A stretch of DNA of 64,000 nt, taken from an uncultured Alphaproteobacteria bacterium (GTDB taxonomy: Bacteria; Pseudomonadota; Alphaproteobacteria; Rhizobiales; Methyloligellaceae). The position numbers and the translations under genes are program-made. The DNA is taken from the NCBI GenBank assembly GCA_963740805.1, contig CAVUFL010000004.1, forward strand, positions 106,966 through 170,965, written 5' to 3'. Below the pieces are notes generated by a model, which saw only the letters and a program-made list of their open reading frames with translations, did no database searches and was not told where the DNA came from. Shown in pieces: positions 21,669-31,629 of the stretch. Every line of letters begins with the position of its first letter. Position 1 is the first letter of the stretch.

Positions 21669-21700
21669 AAGGCGGTTGGCTTGGCGCCAGCCGCCTTTGT
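21669..21700. terminator. intrinsic terminator between convergent leuA and DUF6600 genes
   Basis: AAGGCGGTTGGC-loop-GCCAGCCGCCTT followed by TGT. Confidence 0.6.
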
Positions 21701-21735
21701 CTTATGGGGTCCGAGGTCGAGTGGCTCAGGCGATG

Positions 21736-23412
21736 CTAGTTACGACCCTGGCACTCCGGCTTTTCGGGATGCTTCTGGCATTTCTTGTCGCCGCCTCCGC
21801 CTCCGCCGCCACCTTGATTGCCTTGGGCCTGTCCTTGGCCACCGTCTTGCTTGAATTGGTTGACGCCGCCCTGGCCGCCTGCGCCGCCGCTGCCCTGCTT
21901 GAATTGGCCGGGACCGCCGGGACCGCCGGGAGCGCCGAAGTTCTTGTTCTTGTTCTTGTTACCGCCGCCTTCATTGTCGTCGCGTTTGCCTTGCTTGAAC
22001 TGGTCGGAACCGCCCTGATTGCCGAAATTCTGATTCTTGTTCTTGTTCTTGGCGTTGTCCTTGTTGTCGTCCTGCCGAAGCGTCCCGGACTCGGTCTGGG
22101 TGCGGACATCGAAACTATTGTTCTTGTTGTCCTTCCGGCCCTGCTTGCCGTCGCGGTCGAAGTCCTTGGAAGCCTGACCCTTGCTCTTATCTTTGTCTTT
22201 GTCTTTGTCCTTGTCCTTGCCGTGACCGTCGCGATCGCCAGTCGCTTCGAACTTCTCTTTCGACTGGTCGCCGGTACCGCCCTTCACGACCGGGGGCGGC
22301 AATTTCGGAGCCGGAGGACCGCCGTCTTTCTTGCCGTCACGGCCGTCGCGGTCGAAGTCCTTCGAAGCTTGACCCTTGTCCTTGTCGTGATCTTTATCCT
22401 TGCCGCGGTCGCCGAACTGATCGCCCTGGCCACCGAAGCCGTGCTTCTTCTTGAAGGCGTCGGGATCTTCCTTGGCAATCGACTTCACGCCCTTGGCGCT
22501 TGGGCCCCAACCCTTCGGCACGTCGCCTTTGAAAGTGTCCTTGAGTTTCGCCTTCGGCCTGAAATCGTTGGGATTGTCGGCGAATTTCTTCGGGCCGCGA
22601 TTTGGCCTGTTGTCCTTCGAGAAACGCGGCGCGTAAATCCCGATCCCCTTATTGGGGCCGTTGTTGTCGAAGCGCCCGCCCTTCCAGTTGTTGACTCGGT
22701 AGACCTTCTGCACATAGATCGGCCGCCGCGTGATCTTCACCACGAGGTCGCGCGGCATGCCGTAATTGTAGACGATGCCGCCGCGATATTGCGGCCGGTA
22801 GGCACGTGTCGCACCGAAGAACGCGACGCTCAAGCCGCCGATCGGCAGGGCATAATGAGAGATCGCCCGCGAGGTCAGGTAGCGCGGCTGCACGAACACC
22901 CAGGACTCGGCGATCGGCGGATCGTAGTTGACCGGGACGCCGTAGGCATAACCCGGCCGGCCAGGTCCGATCGGCGCCCAGCCGACGTAATCGTCGCTGT
23001 AGCGCCATTGCACCCAGGCAGGGGCCCAGGTGTCGCCGGGAACCCAGAACCAGCCATAGTCCGGATCGTAGCCCCAGCGGCCGTAATGATAGACGGCCCA
23101 GGCGAACGGCTCATGGGAATCCCAGTACCAGCCATACTCGTCGGTATAGGTCCACCGCCCGACCGTATAGGGGCGCCAATTCTCCGAGATGGTCTCAGGC
23201 AGCCACACATAGCCGAAGCGGGGATGCCAGACCCACTGTCCGTAGGGCGCGAGCTCGTCATAGAAGGTATCGATGTCGATGCTCTCTTGCGCCGCCGCCG
23301 AACCGCCGAGGCCAAGCCTGTCGGCCGCCGGCAAGGGCAGGCCTGGCGCCGCGAGGAACGCGGCCCAAACGAGCGCGGCAAGAAGCGATCTCAGCCAATG
23401 TCTTATGTGCAT
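21736..23412 (-). CDS. DUF6600 domain secreted protein with long low-complexity C-terminus
   Basis: RBS GGAGG; signal peptide; FYDELAPYGQW...WRPYTVGRW...YHYGRW...WAPAWVQWR; KD/NK/G-rich tail. Confidence 0.85.
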   Translation of the reverse strand: MHIRHWLRSLLAALVWAAFLAAPGLPLPAADRLGLGGSAAAQESIDIDTFYDELAPYGQWVWHPRFGYVWLPETISENWRPYTVGRWTYTDEYGWYWDSHEPFAWAVYHYGRWGYDPDYGWFWVPGDTWAPAWVQWRYSDDYVGWAPIGPGRPGYAYGVPVNYDPPIAESWVFVQPRYLTSRAISHYALPIGGLSVAFFGATRAYRPQYRGGIVYNYGMPRDLVVKITRRPIYVQKVYRVNNWKGGRFDNNGPNKGIGIYAPRFSKDNRPNRGPKKFADNPNDFRPKAKLKDTFKGDVPKGWGPSAKGVKSIAKEDPDAFKKKHGFGGQGDQFGDRGKDKDHDKDKGQASKDFDRDGRDGKKDGGPPAPKLPPPVVKGGTGDQSKEKFEATGDRDGHGKDKDKDKDKDKSKGQASKDFDRDGKQGRKDNKNNSFDVRTQTESGTLRQDDNKDNAKNKNKNQNFGNQGGSDQFKQGKRDDNEGGGNKNKNKNFGAPGGPGGPGQFKQGSGGAGGQGGVNQFKQDGGQGQAQGNQGGGGGGGGDKKCQKHPEKPECQGRN

Positions 23413-23740
23413 AGCCACCCTCCAAGTCCCCGGATCGGCTCCAAGGACGCGACAATCGCTTGTCTCACTCGAGGTCGTATGGCTTGTTTGCGGCCAAAGG
23501 CTGGCGGAGCGACATTTTTGTCAATTGACGGGGCATTTGCCGGGGAAAACGCGCGGAGGCCAAATCCGGTGCTTGCCCCCTCAAAGAAGCCCCGACGCTT
23601 GTCTCTGTTACCGGCCTCACTATGTTTGCAGGGAAGCCCGGACAAGGCACGCAAGGGGCAAGCGCTTCCATAGACAGGGCGCGCGGGCGCTGCTAAGGGG
23701 GCAATCCCAATTGGCCGCCGCGTTCGCTGGCCGGCCTGAC

Positions 23741-23816
<76 letters not shown>

Positions 23817-23939
23817 ATATTTCCAGATACTTAGTCCCTTGGCAGTCAAGCAAATCCTATCAGTGTTGGAACCACCCGGGTCTCAGCGACGTTTTGAAAT
23901 CGTCGGCGAGCGTACCCAAGTCCGCCGGCGCGTCTAGTT

Positions 23940-23974
23940 AAGCCCGCCCTGTGCCCTAGGTCGGGCTTTTCTTT
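23940..23974 (+). terminator. intrinsic terminator downstream of tRNA
   Basis: AAGCCCG...CGGGCTT stem followed by TTCTTT. Confidence 0.55.
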
Positions 23975-24239
23975 CGTCGAGCGATGAGATGGAACCGGAA
24001 TGATCAGAGACGGCGCGGTCTCGGCTCCCCATAAGGATTTGCTTCTGCTGCACGCCGCTCCTCGTTGCACTCTTTGCACAACCCGTCGTCAACGGCTGGA
24101 TGAGGGCACTTGCCGGGCCTGTGGCCGTGTGCTGCCGATTGGCACTCACATTTTTCTTGCTCTTCCATTGTTCCAAACTCCAATCAGGGGCCGATTACGC
24201 ATTCGACATTATACCTAATCTTGCCGTGCCACCGTCAGC

Positions 24240-27140
24240 TCAACAGGCTTCCTCAAGTCGCTTGCGAAGTTCAGTGCGAAGAATCTTGCCGTTGGCGTTT
24301 CGCGGCAAAGCGGACACGAACACGAATTTGCGGGGTCTCTTGTCCGAAACGAGCCGGCTGCGGCAATGAGCGGCGAGCGCGGCTTCGGTCAACTGGGGAG
24401 AGGAGACCACGAAGGCGGCAATCTCCTCGCCTTCACGCGACTTGGCAAAGCCCACAACGGCCACCTCCTTCACGCCTTCAAGCTCCGCGAGCACGGCCTC
24501 GACCTCGGACGGGTGCACATTGACGCCGCCGCGGATGATCACGTCTGAGCTGCGACCCATCAGCTGGAGAAAGCCTTCGCCGTCCACAGCGCCGGTGTCG
24601 CCCGGATAGGCCCAGCCGTTCTTGAGCCGGTCGCCTAAGTCGCGGGCATCGCCATGAATGGCGCGCGCTACGGCAGGGGAGCGCACGCGGATGGCGCCGA
24701 ACGCGCCGATCGGCAAAGGCCGATCGTCCTCGCCGACGATTTCCAGCGTCACATGGGGCAGCACGCGGCCGACCGTCTCCGGCCTCGCGTCGATATCGGC
24801 GCCGTACAGTACGGTCATGCGCCCTGCGAGGCTCGAAGAGTAGCCTTCGACAAAGTGCCGGCTGAGCTTTGCCCGCGCCAGGCGCTTCTCGTCCGGCAGG
24901 ATGGGAGCGCCAAAGCAGTAAAGCGAGTCGAGCGCCGGGAAGAGATAGGTTCCGTCACGCGCTGGCGCCTCGAGCAAAGCGCGCAAGATCGTCGGCACCA
25001 CGGCAAGCGAGGTTGCGCCTCTTGAATGAACCGCATCGATTAGCTCGCCGGCGCTGAACAGAGGCGGATAGAAGTAGATTGTCGCTCCATCGAGCAGCTG
25101 GCTCAGAATGTGGTTGCGCGAGCCAGAGAAGGAGATGGGGATGACGCTGATCAGCTTCCCGTGGGGATGCCTCCGCCCCAGCTTGAGATTGCTCTCCAGC
25201 CTGAACAAAAGCTCCTCATGTCCAAGGACGATGCCGAGGGGGCGGCCCGTGGTGCCCGATGTCAGCGAGATAATTGCGGGCGCAGCCCCGCTCTCCTCAA
25301 AGAAGGGCTCGGCACCGCGCTTGGCGATGACATCCGTCCAGTTGCTGTCGGCGAGGATGGATGTAAAGAGCGCCTCGGATGTCTGCCGGTCTCCGATGAT
25401 GGCGGAAAGCTGAAACTCGCTCGCAAGCTGCGCCAGTTCATCTTGCTTGGAGCGAAAGTCGATGGGCACCGGCACGGCGCCGAGCATCCACAGCGCGACC
25501 ATGGCAACGACGGCTTCACCGCCGTCGCGAAGGGTGATGCCCACCTTGCTTCCGGGCCCCACGCCGCGATGGCGAAGCTCGCGCGCGCTTCTAGCTGCGC
25601 GGCCAATCAGCTCGCTATAGGTCAGGGTCAGGCGCGAGGAGACGATTGCCGCACGATCCGGCCAACGGCCCGCGAGCGCAATGAGGGTCTTGGCGATGTT
25701 GCCCTGACCGGCAGGGGTGCCGGCTTGCGTCGTGCTTCCACTCTGAACCGAAGCCGGGGTGCCTCTCTGCATCGCGCCATATACGGTTTGCGGCCTGGTG
25801 AAGAATTCAACATCGAATTGGCCATGCTCCGGCGGTCCAAGTCCGGAGGCTTTCCAGCCGCCGAAGGGCGCGTCGACCATGGCGTTCGAGGTGGCCTGAT
25901 TGACCTTCAACATGCCGGCCTCGGCCTCGTCGAGAAAGCGGCTTGCGACCTCGTCCGAGGTGGTGAACACGGCGGCCGCGAGCCCCTGCCTCACGCCATT
26001 GCAAAGGCTGATGGCGTCTTTCCAGTCTTGAGCCTTCTGCACCACGAGAACCGGTCCAAAACTCTCCTCCTGGACGATTTCCGCTTCCGGCTCGTCGCAA
26101 AAGATGATTGTCGGGGGATAGAACTTTGCGCCATGCGTGCCGACGGATCGCGGTTTGGCGCCTAGCGGCAGCAGCGGGGCCTCGCAATCGGACGCCGCGC
26201 GCTGGACGAGGGCCGCCACGTGGTCGCGATGCGCCGTGCTGACCATGGGGCCGATGACAGTGTCGGCCTCCGAAGGATCGCCCCATTTCAAGCCTCGAGT
26301 TGCCTCGAGCAGCAGCGGTATGAACGCCTCGCGGCAATCGTCGTGCACGATGACGCGGCGGTTAGCAGTGCAGCGCTGACCAGCCATTTCGAAGGCGCCT
26401 GCCACCACGGCGTGCGCTGCCGCAGCGAGATCGGCGTCAGGCCAGATGATGGCGGCATTGTTGCCCCCAAGCTCGGCCTGGAGCGGAATATGCCGTTCTG
26501 CGCAAATGTCCTGCGCCGCGCTTCCGGCGGCGAGAGAGCCCGTGATCGTCACCGCGCCGATGCGAGCTTCGCGCATCAATGCCTCGCCTTCGCGTGCGCC
26601 GCCTTCGATGAGGCCGACCAATCCCTCTGGCCAGCCGGCTCTCGCCAGGCATTGCAGGAGCGAGCGTGAGATCTCCCGCGCCTCAGGTGCTGGCTTCCAC
26701 ACCACGCCGTTGCCGTACACCATGGCCGGAGCGATCTTGCCGAGGGGGATATAGAGCGGGTTGTTCCAGGGCGTGATCACCGCGACGACGCCATGAGGAC
26801 GCCGCCGTACGAGCCAGGCGGGATTGGTCGCAATGGTCTCGTCACTGCCCTTGGCGCGCCGCGCAATGGCGTCGAGCATGTCGATGCAATGTTGCAGTTC
26901 GCTGCGGCCGAAGCGGATTGGCTTGCCGAACTCCGCCGCGATCGACTGAGTGAGCGATAGGGCTTCTGCGGTGAGGGTGGCGGCCAGACGGCGCACGAGA
27001 TAGACACGCTCGGCAAGCGGCGTGTTGCGCCAGTCCCTGGCACGCGCCTGCGCTGCGGTGACTTGTGGTGAGATTGCCGCTTGGTCTTCGCAAGGGAAGC
27101 GTCCACTGCGAGGCGTTGGTCTTGCTGCAGCCTCTGCCAT
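24240..27140 (-). CDS. fusion of aldehyde dehydrogenase and AMP-forming acyl ligase (ANL) domains
   Basis: ALDH motifs ITPWNNP, ELGGNN, AGQRCTA, EESFGPV, PFGGWKASG; then ANL motifs LTSGTTGRP, YPGDTG, GRSSDVIIRGG, LPRNANGK; one uninterrupted ORF. Confidence 0.9.
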   Translation of the reverse strand: MAEAAARPTPRSGRFPCEDQAAISPQVTAAQARARDWRNTPLAERVYLVRRLAATLTAEALSLTQSIAAEFGKPIRFGRSELQHCIDMLDAIARRAKGSDETIATNPAWLVRRRPHGVVAVITPWNNPLYIPLGKIAPAMVYGNGVVWKPAPEAREISRSLLQCLARAGWPEGLVGLIEGGAREGEALMREARIGAVTITGSLAAGSAAQDICAERHIPLQAELGGNNAAIIWPDADLAAAAHAVVAGAFEMAGQRCTANRRVIVHDDCREAFIPLLLEATRGLKWGDPSEADTVIGPMVSTAHRDHVAALVQRAASDCEAPLLPLGAKPRSVGTHGAKFYPPTIIFCDEPEAEIVQEESFGPVLVVQKAQDWKDAISLCNGVRQGLAAAVFTTSDEVASRFLDEAEAGMLKVNQATSNAMVDAPFGGWKASGLGPPEHGQFDVEFFTRPQTVYGAMQRGTPASVQSGSTTQAGTPAGQGNIAKTLIALAGRWPDRAAIVSSRLTLTYSELIGRAARSARELRHRGVGPGSKVGITLRDGGEAVVAMVALWMLGAVPVPIDFRSKQDELAQLASEFQLSAIIGDRQTSEALFTSILADSNWTDVIAKRGAEPFFEESGAAPAIISLTSGTTGRPLGIVLGHEELLFRLESNLKLGRRHPHGKLISVIPISFSGSRNHILSQLLDGATIYFYPPLFSAGELIDAVHSRGATSLAVVPTILRALLEAPARDGTYLFPALDSLYCFGAPILPDEKRLARAKLSRHFVEGYSSSLAGRMTVLYGADIDARPETVGRVLPHVTLEIVGEDDRPLPIGAFGAIRVRSPAVARAIHGDARDLGDRLKNGWAYPGDTGAVDGEGFLQLMGRSSDVIIRGGVNVHPSEVEAVLAELEGVKEVAVVGFAKSREGEEIAAFVVSSPQLTEAALAAHCRSRLVSDKRPRKFVFVSALPRNANGKILRTELRKRLEEAC

Positions 27141-27144
27141 CAAC

Positions 27145-28374
27145 TCATACCTTGGCGGCAATACGGGTGCCGCGCGTCTCCATGATCTCCTCGGCGCGCC
27201 CGGCAATGCGGCGCCCCATCTCGCGCGTGCCCACCACGCGGCAGCCGGGGATGGCTACGTCCTCGGTACGCCAGCCCTCTCGCCACACCGAACGCACGGC
27301 CTCTTCCATGATATCGGCCTCGTCGTAACGCCCGAATGTCTCCCGCAACATCATAGAGAAAGCGAAGATCTGTCCTGCGGGGTTCGCCTTATCGCTGCCC
27401 TCGAGATCAAAGCCGGCGCCGTGGTTGGTCTGATAGACGGATTTGCCGTCCTCCGAATAATTTCCGGAGAAGGACGCGCCGCGTGAGCCGAGGAGAATAG
27501 CGCCGAGGTCGGCGATCACGTCGCCGAACAGGTTCGGCGTGGCGATGACGTCGAACGTCGCTGCGCGCTGCAGCAGCCAATAGGCCATGAGGTCGATGCC
27601 AACCAATTGCATGTCCACGCCAAATTCCTCGGCAGCCTCCATGGCGCAAGTGCGCCACAGCGCGCTGATGGACGGTAGGCCGGACTCCTTCCAGACCACA
27701 GTCATCTTGCAACGCCGCTGTTTGGCGAGGCGGGCCGAGGCGAGGAGGAAGCGTCTCACCTGACTTTCCTCATAGTCGAAGTGATGCCGGGCCACCCGCC
27801 GGCCGGGCACGCTGTCGTCCTCGCTCCACTGGCCCTGATAGATGCCGCCGCAATTCTCCCGGGTGATGAGGATGTCGAGCCCCTTCACCACCTCCGGCTT
27901 GAGCAGCGAAGCGTCCTCGGCGCTGAGGGCGCTTTGCAATGGGCTGATCTTGAAGAAGAGGTCGAAGTGCTTGCGCAGATCGTAGACGAAGCGTCCGCCA
28001 TAAGGTCCCTGAATGACCGCCCCGCCACGCGCGAAGGTCTGCTCGCAAAGGCCAAGGATCTCGTCGGTGAGCGGCCGATTGGACTTCGCCTTGACTGCGT
28101 GGCCGTCGAGGCGCCCTGCTTCATAGACATTGAGCGCGACGCTCCTTGGACCGACCACGCTCTCCAGGACCTCAAGACCGGCGGCGATCACCTCCTGGCC
28201 GACTCCCTCGCCCCACAGCACGCCGACGTCGACCGGCGCCCCCTGTCTATTCGCTTCAAGCTTGGGAGCACCGAGACAGTCCACCCAGCGCTTTGGAACT
28301 GAGCGAGAAGCTGGCCTTGGTCGTTCTACGACCGGGTCTCCCAGACGTTCCTTATGTTCCACAAAATGCCCCAT
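27145..28374 (-). CDS. isocitrate/isopropylmalate family beta-decarboxylating dehydrogenase (LeuB-like)
   Basis: GEGVGQEV, ITRENCGGIY, VWKE, NLFGDVIAD, HGAGFDLEGSDKANP. Confidence 0.9.
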   Translation of the reverse strand: MGHFVEHKERLGDPVVERPRPASRSVPKRWVDCLGAPKLEANRQGAPVDVGVLWGEGVGQEVIAAGLEVLESVVGPRSVALNVYEAGRLDGHAVKAKSNRPLTDEILGLCEQTFARGGAVIQGPYGGRFVYDLRKHFDLFFKISPLQSALSAEDASLLKPEVVKGLDILITRENCGGIYQGQWSEDDSVPGRRVARHHFDYEESQVRRFLLASARLAKQRRCKMTVVWKESGLPSISALWRTCAMEAAEEFGVDMQLVGIDLMAYWLLQRAATFDVIATPNLFGDVIADLGAILLGSRGASFSGNYSEDGKSVYQTNHGAGFDLEGSDKANPAGQIFAFSMMLRETFGRYDEADIMEEAVRSVWREGWRTEDVAIPGCRVVGTREMGRRIAGRAEEIMETRGTRIAAKV

Positions 28375-28418
28375 CGCTTTTGCCGGCTGGCGTGCCCGGA
28401 GTGCTCCGTAGGAAGGGA

Positions 28419-29561
28419 TCAGGCTTCACGAGCGGCGAGGCTCATCGAGTCCATCGAAGGAGTGTGCGACGGCGGGGAGCCCCGCTCGGCGAGAGCCTCT
28501 TCGAAGATCGACTGCATGAGGGAGGCGGCCTTGGCCGTGCTGATCTCGCCGTGTTGCTCAAACACGAGCCGCGCGCGGCACCGCGAGAGCAGGTCGGTCA
28601 AGGACTTGTCCAGCTCCCGCTCAGGCGAGGCGAGAATTTCGACGGGTCCGTCGAACATGCGCGGCTCGTAGCGCGACAGCGCAAACTGAAGCTTGGCCCG
28701 TGCCTCCACCGACTGTGGCACGCCCGGCATTTTTGAGCGGCCCCGCTCCTCCTTGGTCAGAAGCTTCTCGCGAAACAGCTGCAACGACTCGGCCGGGTCC
28801 TCTCTCTTGCCGGTGATTTTCTTCGCGGCATCGCGCATCCTTTGCCACAGCGCTTGCGCCCGAAACAGGCCCGGCAGGGGTTTGTCTGCCTCGCCGTTCT
28901 CGCGTTGCGCCTTCCTTTTGCGCTCCCGTTTCAAGTCCACGCCGCGGTTCTTCGGCAAGCTTGGGTCAAGCAGCACGAGCTGCGTGATGGGCCTGCCGCG
29001 CGCGGCGAGCTGCGCGGCCATTTCAAGCGCGATCAAGGCGCCCACGCAAAAGGAGACGATCAGGATTGGCCCTTGCGGATAGCGCTCGACGAGCTGTGCG
29101 ATATAGACCGCGGCAATGTCCTCGAGCCGGTCGTAGCTAGGTCCGCCACGAAGGCCTGGGAGCTCGAACACATGGAACTCCTGGCCCTCTCCGAAGACCT
29201 TGCGGAACTCGGGCTTAGGCAAGGTGAACCCCACGCGTCCATGGATCAGAAAGATTGGCGGCCGTCGGCCGGCTCCCATCGCCGGCTGACTAGATTTCTC
29301 GGAAAGAAACCTGGCTATCTCCCGCGGCGAGCCGTGTTCGAAGAGGTCTGAAATTCGAAGGTCTTGTCCGGTCCGCAGAGAAATCTGCTCGCTCAGGACT
29401 TCACCAAGAAGCGAATCGCCGCCGACGTCGAAAAATTCGTCCGCCGCACCGATCCGGTCGAGCTCGAAAACCTCGGCAAAGACCCTCACGATCAATGCCT
29501 CGAGCTTGCCGGCCGGCGGCTCGTACGGCGTCGGTAAATTCAAGCTTTCGCGTGTAATCAT
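28419..29561 (-). CDS. stand-alone peptidyl-carrier protein-thioesterase didomain
   Basis: YEPPAGKLEALIVRVFAEVF...FFDVGGDSLL phosphopantetheine site; TE region PPIFLIHG...SFCVGALIALEMAAQL...LVLLDP. Confidence 0.88.
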   Translation of the reverse strand: MITRESLNLPTPYEPPAGKLEALIVRVFAEVFELDRIGAADEFFDVGGDSLLGEVLSEQISLRTGQDLRISDLFEHGSPREIARFLSEKSSQPAMGAGRRPPIFLIHGRVGFTLPKPEFRKVFGEGQEFHVFELPGLRGGPSYDRLEDIAAVYIAQLVERYPQGPILIVSFCVGALIALEMAAQLAARGRPITQLVLLDPSLPKNRGVDLKRERKRKAQRENGEADKPLPGLFRAQALWQRMRDAAKKITGKREDPAESLQLFREKLLTKEERGRSKMPGVPQSVEARAKLQFALSRYEPRMFDGPVEILASPERELDKSLTDLLSRCRARLVFEQHGEISTAKAASLMQSIFEEALAERGSPPSHTPSMDSMSLAAREA

Positions 29562-29666
29562 GGGGCTTTATCCCCCCTCCCTGACGGACTGTCGCACCGG
29601 CCAAGCTCCAGTTCAAGATCGTCTGGCTGGCAGCCTTCTTTGGCCAATCTTCAAGGCTGGCGGCTG

Positions 29667-31279
29667 TTAGCGGTCGGCGCGAACCTGATCGAGAGCGGCA
29701 CGGACCGCACGCGCCGGCGCTGCGAAATAATTCGGATCGAGATCAGAGAAGCGGTCGAAGAATGCGCCGAGTTGCTCCAGCATCGGCCGCTCGCCGCCTC
29801 GCCAATGGATGGCGCAAATGCGCTGGAAGCACTGGACATAAAAGTCTGGCCCGGCCCGGTCTTGCGCGGCGCCGATTTCGTCGTCGGCAACCGCGATGAG
29901 CACCCACAAGGACCCCTGTCTGTCGAGATAGTTGGTAAAAGCTGCCGGAAAATTGAGGTCCTCGATCATGGCCCTGGCGGGTGTTCGCGATAAGAGCTCG
30001 TTGCGCAGATAGTAGAAATCAAAAGTCGAGAACCAATAGACAGAACCCCCCTTAATCGTGCTCGCCTCGAGCAGAAGGTCATTTGGCTGGATACGCGAGA
30101 TCACGTAGTCAAAGCCCCCTCTGAGATCGACAGGGAGCTGCTTGGGATTGGCAGCATAAGCGTCGGAAAGCGATCTCATCGAAAGGAGAGCCACGATCGC
30201 TGCCAAGGCAACAGTTGCGAACGTGCCAACGCGTTGTGAACCGGGCCATATGCGAGCAGCCAGCGCCTCTATTTGCAAGGAGATTGCCGCAAGACCTACG
30301 CCGGTTGCGATGGCGTAGGGCGCCATCAGCGGGAGCGTGTAGCGAGGCGAGGAAGATGCCCGTTGGTAACCGTAGAACGCGTAAAGGAGTGCGGGGACCG
30401 CGAAGGTGCCAAGGAAGAGAGCAGGGTGCGCGGGGAGCGAAAGGCGGCGCAGGTCACCCCCAGTCCGGCAAGGCCTGCCATGACATAGCAGGCGGCGTCC
30501 TTGAAGCCGGGAAAGGTGAGCACGATGGTCTGCAGCAAATAAAGACGAGTGGCGCTGGGAACACTTGATTGAAACCGCGCTTCAGAGCCGGCAAGCCGAG
30601 CAAGCATCGGGATGGCTGGAATGAAGGCGATGCCAATGATCGCGAATGCCAAAACGCTAGACCAAACGAGCGGTCCGATCGGTTCACCGTCCTTTAGCTT
30701 TAGCAGTACACAGCCGGCGGCGAAGACTCCGAGGCCAACGACAAAGAATAGTGCGACGAAATGGGTGTAGAGACTTAGGATGGCGGCACCCACGAACAGA
30801 GCCCACCAACCTCGACCGTTCGTCCTCAACGCGACTTCAAGCGACCATGCGCAAAGCGTCGTCAAGAAGACGAGGAGGCTATAGGCACGGTACTCCTGGC
30901 TATAGAGCACGAGCACGGGCATTACACATGCCACGAGACCCGCTAGACAGGCTGCTCTCTGGCTAAGAAGCTCCCTGGCGAGCAGGAAGACCAGCGCAAC
31001 GGTTGCCACGCCGAAAATTGCGGAGGGCAACCGCAATTGCCATTCACTGCCGTCGAAGCCCGATAGCACAAGGGCATGTCCGAGAAGAAAAGAGATCGGC
31101 ATGTCCTGTGACGCCAGAACCGAATAGAGTTCGTGTAGCGGCGTGGCGGAGGTTCTGTACTGCAAGGTCTCGTCGAGCCAGAGGCTCCAGCGATCAAGGC
31201 CATGGAGCCGCAACACGGTTGCGAGAGCAACGAGCAGCCCGGCACAAGCTCCCCGACGAAGGACTGCAGAGAAATACAC
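29667..31279 (-). CDS. GT-C (GT39/ArnT/PMT-like) membrane glycosyltransferase, frameshifted near 30418
   Basis: LRLHGLDRWSLWLDE, LRLPSAIFG, YSQEYRAYSL, LYTHF; continues in the alternate frame LFLGTFAVPALL...PRYTLPLMAP into ORF 29667-30326. Confidence 0.82.
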
Positions 31280-31401
31280 TGGCGACTATTCCGAAGCCTT
31301 GTGGAGCCTCCCGTAGCAACATCAAGAAAATCAGCAGGCTGATAGTTACAGTCTTTTTGCGCGCGCCAAATTTTCAAGTATTTGGCGGCTTAGCATGGCT
31401 T

Positions 31402-31629
31402 TCACCACGCCGCCTGTGGTTTGCAGATGATGGCCATATTGAGCGGAGCGGTAGATCGGGTGATATAGACCCTTTTGCCGTTCCGAATCGTCGTCTTGTT
31501 GTAGTAGGGCGCTATATTCACGATCCTGCACTCATCGCTCGCCCCGCGACTATTGTAGTGGCGCTTGGCGGCAATCGCCGGGACCGAAAGACAAAGCACC
31601 AAAGCCGCAGCGAGAAGGTATCGAGCCAT
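31402..31629 (-). CDS. small secreted two-Cys protein
   Basis: RBS GAGGA; signal MARYLLAAALVLCLSVPAIA; C-x-I-V...P...G...Y...C pattern shared with 36176-36454. Confidence 0.65.
   Translation of the reverse strand: MARYLLAAALVLCLSVPAIAAKRHYNSRGASDECRIVNIAPYYNKTTIRNGKRVYITRSTAPLNMAIICKPQAAW

Noticed and set aside
21900-22420. Short tandem repeats (CTTGTT, CTTTGT) as a possible CRISPR or VNTR
   Set aside because: They encode KD/NK low-complexity protein; there is no repeat-spacer structure and no cas genes.
21676-23673. 665-aa plus-strand ORF rich in V/L, looking like a membrane protein
   Set aside because: Antisense shadow of the K/D/N-rich DUF6600 gene, which has the RBS, signal peptide and family motif; this ORF also spans the terminator.
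27145-28374. Calling this gene leuB because leuA/ilv genes are nearby
   Set aside because: It lies in the accessory operon and lacks a conserved substrate Arg, so no symbol was assigned.
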